From a virus (Duplodnaviria; Caudoviricetes), in the IMG/VR virus record IMGVR_UViG_3300021185_001469, positions 1 to 48,204 of that record: a DNA stretch of 48,204 nucleotides; one strand, given 5' to 3'. The notes below the pieces were generated by a model. That model saw only the letters and a list, made by a program, of their open reading frames with translations. It had not been told where the DNA came from and did not search any database. The first letter of the stretch is position 1. Each line of letters begins with the position of its first letter. A program made the translations under genes and the position numbers. This document shows, piece by piece, positions 16,705 to 23,545 of the stretch.

Positions 16705-16794
16705 TGTCCTTTGAATTGCTGTGTTTGCAGTTTTCTTTTGGAGCCGCACCACACTTGCGGCATGGCTCATGCAAGCTTCTAAAAATCTGGCGGG

Positions 16795-17112
16795 TCATTT
16801 TTTATTTACCAAAAAATCGTAATCTCCAGCGATGATTTCAGAAATTCTACCTTGATTGACGTTGTATTTCTGGGCCAACGCTCTTGTGCTGATCGAAGGG
16901 TCTTGCATATGGGAACGCAAAACTTTGTCTCTTATTTCTGCGGTGATTGGGTTTGCGGTTGCATTTGCTTTTTGCGCTTTGTGTTTTTTTCTAACCATGT
17001 GGCGCAAAGCGGCTTGAACTGACGCTCTGACAAACATCCTATCAGATCTGCCAGTTGCCATTTCATCAAGAAGATGCTCCAATATTTGTCGCGCTCTGGG
17101 AATATCACTCAT
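16795..17112 (-). CDS. HTH-containing hypothetical protein
   Basis: STRALAQKYNVNQGRISEI. Confidence 0.7.
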   Translation of the reverse strand: MSDIPRARQILEHLLDEMATGRSDRMFVRASVQAALRHMVRKKHKAQKANATANPITAEIRDKVLRSHMQDPSISTRALAQKYNVNQGRISEIIAGDYDFLVNKK

Positions 17113-17518
17113 TTAGAAGCTCCATTGGATCTTGGCCTATTGCCTCGGCTAGTTTCATCATAGCGGTTTCAAAATAAACATTGAAATCTTGCTGGTTCAT
17201 TTTTGACATAGCGATGCTGTCAGGAACGTAAAAAATCGCTCCTGTGATTTCGCTGATAATCCGCTGGTGATAGCCGCAGATCATTTTCAGTTCTTTGTGT
17301 AAGTGATCAGAGGTTGCCCACCTGCCTGTTGATCGAACGACAGCCCCAAGGATTGACCAGTAGAGCTTATGATGCTCTGGTGATCTCTGAGACACCTCGG
17401 CCAGATCAAAAATTTGATTGTTAGGAAATTCAGATAACCGCTGCGCGTCATAGGATGTTACGGGCTGGAATTGCCCATCTTTCAAAACAACGGTTATCTT
17501 TGGCTTTTCGCTTGCCAT
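17105..17518 (-). CDS. DUF1367/NinB-like recombination accessory protein
   Basis: RS..HHKLYW, LH..LK..CG, PDSIA..KM.Q..F..YF. Confidence 0.65.
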   Translation of the reverse strand: MASEKPKITVVLKDGQFQPVTSYDAQRLSEFPNNQIFDLAEVSQRSPEHHKLYWSILGAVVRSTGRWATSDHLHKELKMICGYHQRIISEITGAIFYVPDSIAMSKMNQQDFNVYFETAMMKLAEAIGQDPMELLNE

Positions 17519-17523
17519 GATCT

Positions 17524-17808
17524 TCAAACAAGCTTCCAAATCGTTATTGATGTTCCCCACTTTCCCATAGCCTTTTTACCGCTATCGGCAACAAGGCCCG
17601 CATTCTTCAATTCGCTAATTCTGGGTTGAACTGAAATTTCTGCGCGGTTCATGATTTTGGAAACTTGCTCCACGGTCAATTCTTTGCGCTCATGGAAAAG
17701 CTCTAAGACTTGCGCGCGGATCGTGATTTTACCATTTTTGTTGAAGCTCGCGGCCTCTTTGCTTGCATCGTTTTTTTGATACCCAATTTTTTCATCAGTG
17801 TATGGCAC
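17524..17808 (-). CDS. Winged-helix DNA-binding protein
   Basis: LT.EQVS......SVQPRISELK.AGLV.DSG. Confidence 0.75.
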   Translation of the reverse strand: MPYTDEKIGYQKNDASKEAASFNKNGKITIRAQVLELFHERKELTVEQVSKIMNRAEISVQPRISELKNAGLVADSGKKAMGKWGTSITIWKLV

Positions 17809-17859
17809 TTTTATTCCTCCAATTTATTGGCGGCGAGACAGCCCCGCCGCCTTCTTAAT

Positions 17860-18357
17860 TTAGCCGCCAAAAAGGCCAGATGTTTGTTTCTTTTTTATTG
17901 GAAACCCAATAATGCCAGTTCCAACTTGAACCTCATCATCTTCGTAATTTCTACGATCAGCAAAATGGTCAATCATCCACTCTTTTACTTGAGTTGTTTT
18001 AACCAAACCCCGCCCATATGAACCCTTCATATCGCTAGAGTTTTTACTGCTTTTTGTGCTTAAAAGAGCGTAGCCTTCGGATGCGGCCCTTAAAACCAAA
18101 AACTCTTGACCATCTACGCGCTTTGCGAGTTGAAATATAAGCCTATCACCAACAGTTATCTTTGCTCGCTTCAAAAGGGGTGCGCTTATGTAGCAAGTCA
18201 ATGCTGGCGATTTCCCGCTTTGAAGCTTAACCGTTGACCCTGTTCTTCTTTCAGAGATTGGCAATATTTCGTCTATGATTTCAAAATCCATTTTTCCATC
18301 CACTTTCGGAGTTATTTTTTTTGCGGGTGATGATTTTCTAAAAAGGAATTTCATCAT
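17860..18357 (-). CDS. Hypothetical protein (start uncertain)
   Basis: Long ORF in the leftward operon. Confidence 0.65.
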   Translation of the reverse strand: MMKFLFRKSSPAKKITPKVDGKMDFEIIDEILPISERRTGSTVKLQSGKSPALTCYISAPLLKRAKITVGDRLIFQLAKRVDGQEFLVLRAASEGYALLSTKSSKNSSDMKGSYGRGLVKTTQVKEWMIDHFADRRNYEDDEVQVGTGIIGFPIKKKQTSGLFGG

Positions 18358-18715
18358 CTTGGTAATCAGAGTTTCCGCTTACCCCTGATCCTTGATTGTT
18401 ATTTTGCCCTCCTTCTTGTGATTTGGACTGCCCTTGAAGCGTCACTTCTGAAACTTCAATTTCCATATAGGTTTTCCCCTCATATTCGCGGGTATCAAAT
18501 GACCCACTAACACAAACAGAAGTTCCCTTTTTGATGTAGGATGAGAGGCGTTCCCCCCTCACCCCCCACATTGAACAGTTGAACCAGATGGTGTGTTCAT
18601 TTTCACCCCAGCCCGCTTTGACCGCGACTGAAAATCCAAGAACACTTTTACCCGTCTGGGTCTGTCGGATAGTGCTGTCTTGACCAACATTACCCGCAAT
18701 GGTGATATTTCTCAT
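18338..18715 (-). CDS. ssb: Single-stranded DNA-binding protein
   Basis: IAGNVG.D, FSVAV, W..C..WG...E.L..Y.KKG..V.V.G; C-terminal DDEIPF. Confidence 0.95.
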   Translation of the reverse strand: MRNITIAGNVGQDSTIRQTQTGKSVLGFSVAVKAGWGENEHTIWFNCSMWGVRGERLSSYIKKGTSVCVSGSFDTREYEGKTYMEIEVSEVTLQGQSKSQEGGQNNNQGSGVSGNSDYQDDEIPF

Positions 18716-18940
18716 TTATTGGGTTCTCCAAATTCTGACTTCACCGCCTTCAACTTCGCGCTTGGCAACCGACATATTTAGCCGCCGCGCAGTTTGATAA
18801 AGTGAATTAAACTTTACCTGATCCGTTGCAATGAAGCTGTCGCCAACTTCCATTTGCTCAAGAATTTTTACCATTGCCCCTGATCTTTTAGCTTCGGGCA
18901 TTGGAATACCTTTTTCGATTTGAACATTTACTTCTTTCAT
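18716..18940 (-). CDS. Small conserved phage protein
   Basis: IEKGIPMP...MEVGDSF...VRIWR. Confidence 0.75.
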   Translation of the reverse strand: MKEVNVQIEKGIPMPEAKRSGAMVKILEQMEVGDSFIATDQVKFNSLYQTARRLNMSVAKREVEGGEVRIWRTQ

Positions 18941-18943
18941 GGC

Positions 18944-19525
18944 TTATTCTCCTATCGCCAGTTTAAGTGCTTGACGCACCTCCAAGCCTTTTGGCTTGTC
19001 CATTTGCTCCAAAGCAAAAATCTTGCTTTCAAGCTCATTCTCCTTATCCCGCAGCAATTCGGGATTTTTTGATTTGATCCAAGAAATCATCCCATCACGA
19101 ATTTGAGATGCGTTGGGCTTTTCCTGTGGCTTCTTCGCGGGTGGGTTTGATGCCTTGTTGCCATCATCATCATTCGCATCCTCATCAGGCTCTATCCCAG
19201 CCAGACCCAGAAGCCCGTAACGCTTTGCGTAGGTCATGGCACTTCCAAAGCCCTGCATATTGTTTTTGTCGATTATCAAATAAACGCGGCTCTCAAAGCT
19301 CTGGCCTGTGACATGATGAAAAGACGTTTCAACAAAATGACCAAGATCATCTTTGCCAGCACGTTGCACCAGAGCGAAGCCATTGGCTTGCAGGGCGGGC
19401 ATTACAGCCTTGAAAACAGATTGAAGGCTCGCATACTTATTTTTGAAATGAGGGTTCACACTGTCCTTGTGTGGCGTTCCCATTTCATCTTGTGCCTTGA
19501 TTAAAGATTTGATTGCTTCGCTCAT
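18944..19525 (-). CDS. erf: ERF family single-strand annealing recombinase
   Basis: KD..NPHFK.KYA.L; Q..GSA.TYAKRY.L...GI...DDDGN. Confidence 0.92.
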   Translation of the reverse strand: MSEAIKSLIKAQDEMGTPHKDSVNPHFKNKYASLQSVFKAVMPALQANGFALVQRAGKDDLGHFVETSFHHVTGQSFESRVYLIIDKNNMQGFGSAMTYAKRYGLLGLAGIEPDEDANDDDGNKASNPPAKKPQEKPNASQIRDGMISWIKSKNPELLRDKENELESKIFALEQMDKPKGLEVRQALKLAIGE

Positions 19526-20007
19526 TATTTCATCCTTATGCTAATAGATTGCGACCCCATGTTCAGAATGGCCCCGTCGATAACTTCACCCGCTTGCAGT
19601 AATTTTTTAATTGCTGCTTTGTCAGGGGTTACAGTTGTTTTGCAGAGTTGAGTTGGGATCTTTGTTTGATCTGCAATCAAAACGCTTTCAACGCCATCCC
19701 GCAGCGATATTGTGGCAAGAGCGTGAGGAATTTTTTTTTGTTGGGTTGCAAGCAATATAATTTTTAAAGCTCGCTTAATTGCTTCTTTCCTCGATCTAAC
19801 AGCATCACGGCGCTGTGTGTATTTCAGTATCATGTGATCGAGTTTTGCCTCGTCACCTTCTGCGGTGACAAGATCCTCTAGAGCAGATCCAACCATATCC
19901 ATGACATTCGTTTCGCCATCTAGCGTATCCCAAAATGTCTCTAAATCGTCTTTGTATTCAGACAGTTGCTTGGACAAATATCCCAATTCTGATGCGTGAA
20001 TTTTCAT
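19525..20007 (-). CDS. Siphovirus Gp157 family protein
   Basis: DTL.GE coiled coil, TISLR, IP..L...PDK.AIKK.L..GE.I.GA.L. Confidence 0.85.
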   Translation of the reverse strand: MKIHASELGYLSKQLSEYKDDLETFWDTLDGETNVMDMVGSALEDLVTAEGDEAKLDHMILKYTQRRDAVRSRKEAIKRALKIILLATQQKKIPHALATISLRDGVESVLIADQTKIPTQLCKTTVTPDKAAIKKLLQAGEVIDGAILNMGSQSISIRMK

Positions 20008-20240
20008 GATTGCACCGTCATCATTGGCGTTATATCGGCGGCAACGTCAGCGTCATGCTGCTTGCAAGCCTTATCAATGGCTGCGTCTAAAATTCTTCCA
20101 GCAAAAACAGGAAAAGAATTTTCAAGATATTCGGTGTGGCTCATCTTTCCATCGTCAACCCTTTTCATAAGGTCGAGGGTGTTTTCTAGGATAGTAGCCG
20201 CGATGGCCGCTTTGATAGCGACAGGGGTAGGGTGTGACAT
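20004..20240 (-). CDS. Hypothetical protein, first gene of the leftward operon
   Basis: GGAG RBS before MSHPT; TTGTAT-N17-TAAATT upstream. Confidence 0.7.
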   Translation of the reverse strand: MSHPTPVAIKAAIAATILENTLDLMKRVDDGKMSHTEYLENSFPVFAGRILDAAIDKACKQHDADVAADITPMMTVQS

Positions 20241-20511
20241 TTTTTTCTCCATTTTTATTATCACCAATTTAATTGCTGTTTTTTTTAATACAAGCCCCTT
20301 TTTAATTTTATTTTTGTAATTCATTTTTGAATAAGGTTATGTGTCTACATAAGAACTCATGAGAAGCTATGGCATCTCTTGGATATAATGGAAGCTAAAT
20401 AGATCTCTCTATATACAGTATAGGCCAAATGGATCTATGTAGATCTATAACCAAACCTACTACATATAGAGTATTGGAAAATTGAAGATCATTTTTCCAC
20501 ATTTGCTCAAG

Positions 20512-20540
20512 TTGACATTGGTGCTTTTTTGAAATAAAAG
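20512..20540 (+). promoter_or_regulatory. Rightward promoter of the replication operon
   Basis: TTGACA-N17-TAAAAG. Confidence 0.65.
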
Positions 20541-20651
20541 AAAAAAGGCGCTGATTAAAAAACCAGCGCCAAGTAAAAATGGAGGAAGGATGTGTCGCAC
20601 CCTACCCGTGCAAGGTAGGGCATATTCCTTCTTAAATCAATGGAGGATAAA

Positions 20652-21338
20652 ATGTCCCATAAGATGACAGCGCTCGCAATGGAGCAAAAAGGCTTAAAGC
20701 CATCTGCCAAGATCGTTCTTTATTGGTTGGCAGACCATCACAACGGCGAAACTGGTGATTGCTTTCCCAGCCACAAGAGGCTCGCGGATCTATGCGAAAT
20801 GTCTCGGCAATCAATAATCAACAATATTAAATCTCTGGAAGATGCGGGTCTGATCAGAAAATCCTCAAGGGTTCGTGATAATAACTCAAAGACCGCGAAT
20901 GCCTATGAGTTGTTACTGACTGATCGTTCAGCGCCCCCTACCCATGTCAAAAATTTGGACAACCCATGTCAAAAATCTTTACATGGGGATGTCAAAAAAT
21001 TGGACAACCATAACCTTGTAATAAATAACCTTGGAATAGAACCAGTGTATTCTGTGGCTATTGCCTTCGAAGCTTTTTGGAAAGTTTACCCAAGGAAAGT
21101 CAAGAAATCTGTAGCAAAAGAACAGTTTTCAAAAGCTTGTCAAAAGCATAAGCTCCAAGAGATCATGGACGGGGCCAAGGAATACGCTCAAAGCGTAGAG
21201 GGCAAAGACAAGAAATATATTCCTCACCCAAATAAATGGCTGAAAGATGAGCGGTGGAGCGATGAGGTTGAACATCACTCTAAGCAAGTTGATGCAGAGT
21301 TTCGGGGAATGGTTAATGATATTGCGGGGAACTTCTAA
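20652..21338 (+). CDS. Replication initiator (lambda O-like; N-terminal wHTH)
   Basis: K.VL..LAD.....CFPS...LA..C.MSR..I...I..LE..GLI; C-terminal F..FW..YP.K..K and YIPHP..WL..ERW.DE; GGAGG RBS before ATG 20652. Confidence 0.88.
   Translation: MSHKMTALAMEQKGLKPSAKIVLYWLADHHNGETGDCFPSHKRLADLCEMSRQSIINNIKSLEDAGLIRKSSRVRDNNSKTANAYELLLTDRSAPPTHVKNLDNPCQKSLHGDVKKLDNHNLVINNLGIEPVYSVAIAFEAFWKVYPRKVKKSVAKEQFSKACQKHKLQEIMDGAKEYAQSVEGKDKKYIPHPNKWLKDERWSDEVEHHSKQVDAEFRGMVNDIAGNF
20941..21043 (+). repeat. Iterons / putative origin of replication within the initiator gene
   Basis: Three ATGTCAAAAA..T(G/T)(G/T)ACA repeats at 22-23 bp spacing (20945, 20967, 20990), then ATAACCTTG twice in an AT-rich tract. 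Confidence 0.8.
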
Positions 21339-21752
21339 ATGCTGCCAGCTTTAAAAACCACGGTTATGTCGAATGATGAGCGCAGAAAGCATAGGGCGCT
21401 TATCGTAATCAAATGCAAATCAATGTTGGCCCGTTTCTATGAAGCAAATCTTGACCCAGTTATTCGCAAGGAAATTTATACTGGTTGGGTCGAAGCTTTA
21501 GAAGATTATGAAATGGATGAGATCGACGCCGCTTGCAAAAGACATCTTTCAGAAACGCCCAACAGGAGGCCGCATGAGGGCCATATAAAGGCGATGATCA
21601 TAAAAGCCAGAGGAGAGCGCATAAAACGATTGCCCCCCATAAGAGAGCCTTACAGCGCCTCTGAGGATAGGCCAGAAATATCTGATGAGGATAGGGAGGC
21701 CAGAAGAAAAGCGGCTGATAGCATCATGAAGCAATTTGGGTTTGGAAAATAA
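21339..21752 (+). CDS. Putative helicase loader (lambda P / G39P-like)
   Basis: Directly follows the initiator; W...L.DY...EI..AC..H......RP..G.I. Confidence 0.6.
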   Translation: MLPALKTTVMSNDERRKHRALIVIKCKSMLARFYEANLDPVIRKEIYTGWVEALEDYEMDEIDAACKRHLSETPNRRPHEGHIKAMIIKARGERIKRLPPIREPYSASEDRPEISDEDREARRKAADSIMKQFGFGK

Positions 21753-21915
21753 AAATACTTTGTTAAGGTAGGGAGTGGGTGCTTATTCGCCTGAGCCTCA
21801 CAAACTAGCTTCCCTTGGCTAGGATACGAACTGCGATAGGGAAGCCTTTTTCTTCGCCTTCCATCATTCAGAATTTGTGCTATAAATAGATTAGTTACAA
21901 TTTTCGGTGATCAAA

Positions 21916-22335
21916 ATGTCAGAGCAAGAAAACCAAGATCAGGAAAAGAAAAAGCGTGGGCCTAAAGGGCCATCAAAAGATCTTTCAGATCAAGATTTTA
22001 AGAAGCTTGTCAGCATGATTAAAATACAATGCACACAGGACGAAATCTGCTCTGTTCTTGGCATGTCGGACACAACTCTCAACCGCAGACTGAAAGAGCG
22101 TGATATAGAAAATTTTGAAGCCCTCTATAAAAAGGAAAATGCGGATGGGTGCAAATCCCTTCGTAGAATGCAATGGGATGCCGCAGAGAACGGAAACGCC
22201 ACTATGCTGGTTTGGCTGGGAAAGCAATATCTTGGGCAGCGTGACAAGCTCAACACAGAGATCACAGGGCCAAATGGTGGTCCAGTAATAACAACAGTTG
22301 AAAGTTATTTCGTTGAGCCGCCATCAAGCGATTAA
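21916..22335 (+). CDS. terS: Terminase small subunit
   Basis: HTH (CT..EI..VLG.S..TL), SLRR.Q..AA..GN.TML.WLGKQYLGQ.D, EITG.NGGP. Confidence 0.9.
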   Translation: MSEQENQDQEKKKRGPKGPSKDLSDQDFKKLVSMIKIQCTQDEICSVLGMSDTTLNRRLKERDIENFEALYKKENADGCKSLRRMQWDAAENGNATMLVWLGKQYLGQRDKLNTEITGPNGGPVITTVESYFVEPPSSD

Positions 22336-23545
22336 GAAGGGAAAAATCTCTTTTGCGCTCCCAGCTTGGTCACGGCCATTGTTCGCTGGCACAAGGGGAA
22401 GCCCAAGATACAGAGCGGCAAAGGGTGGGCGGGCCTCTGGCAAATCTCATTTCTTTGCCGAAATTTTGTTAAAACGGATGATCGAAGATCCCAACACAAA
22501 GGCAATCTGCATTAGGGAAGTTCAGAGATCCCTTGAGTTTTCTTCAAAGCAACTTTTGGCCGATAAAATAATTGCGATGGGCCTTGGTCATTACTTCGAG
22601 GTTCAGCAAACAAGAATTAGATCATTGATGGGTGAGGGGATTATTATCTTTCAAGGAATGCAAGATCACACAGCGGACAGCGTGAAATCTATGGAAGGTT
22701 TCGATATTGCTTGGTGCGAGGAGGCGCAATCTCTGTCGAGCCGATCCATTGAGCTTTTAGATCCGACGATTAGAAAAGAAGGTTCCGAAATTTGGTTTAG
22801 CTGGAACCCGTACAAGAAAACTGACCCAGTTGAGGAATTTTTTGAAAATAACCATCAAGCGGTTCTGGTTCATGTAAATTATCTGGAAAATCCATTTTGC
22901 AGCGATAACGTGAAGGAGATGGCAGATCGGGCGAAAGCCCAAAATATTTCTAAATATAATCATGTTTGGCTTGGTGATTATATGAAAGATGTTGAGGGGG
23001 CTTTGTGGAAAGATCCAATGATAAAGTTGGCACAAAGCACAGATCAAGTTCCCCAGCTTGAAAGAATTGTTGTTGCGATTGATCCAGCCGTAACCGCTCA
23101 GAAAAACAGCGACGAAACTGGGATAATTGTTGCGGGCAAATTAGGAGATAGATTTTTTATTTTAGACGACTTGAGCTTGAGAGCATCACCAGACACTTGG
23201 GCGCGGGCTGTTGTGGAAGCATATCACCATTGGAACGCCGACAGAATTGTTGCAGAAGTAAACAACGGTGGCGATTTGGTTGAAAAAGTGATAAGAACTA
23301 TAGACAGAAGCGTTCCCTATACACCCGTCAGGGCGTCGAGGGGTAAGATATTGAGAGCGGAGCCAATAGCGGCTTTGTATGAGCAAGGGAAAGTTTCCCA
23401 TTGCGGAGAGTTTAGGGAACTTGAGGATCAAATGACCAGTTATACCCCATTATCAAAAAAGTCTCCTGATCGTTTGGATGCTTTGGTTTGGGCTTTAACT
23501 GAGTTGAGCATATCAACAGGGCAAGCTGTTTGGAGAATTAGCTGA
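22298..23545 (+). CDS. terL: Terminase large subunit (exact start uncertain)
   Basis: GGRASGKS Walker A, W.EEAQ Walker B, WNP, nuclease AIDPA...DETG...SPDRLDA. Confidence 0.95.
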   Translation: MKVISLSRHQAIKKGKISFALPAWSRPLFAGTRGSPRYRAAKGGRASGKSHFFAEILLKRMIEDPNTKAICIREVQRSLEFSSKQLLADKIIAMGLGHYFEVQQTRIRSLMGEGIIIFQGMQDHTADSVKSMEGFDIAWCEEAQSLSSRSIELLDPTIRKEGSEIWFSWNPYKKTDPVEEFFENNHQAVLVHVNYLENPFCSDNVKEMADRAKAQNISKYNHVWLGDYMKDVEGALWKDPMIKLAQSTDQVPQLERIVVAIDPAVTAQKNSDETGIIVAGKLGDRFFILDDLSLRASPDTWARAVVEAYHHWNADRIVAEVNNGGDLVEKVIRTIDRSVPYTPVRASRGKILRAEPIAALYEQGKVSHCGEFRELEDQMTSYTPLSKKSPDRLDALVWALTELSISTGQAVWRIS

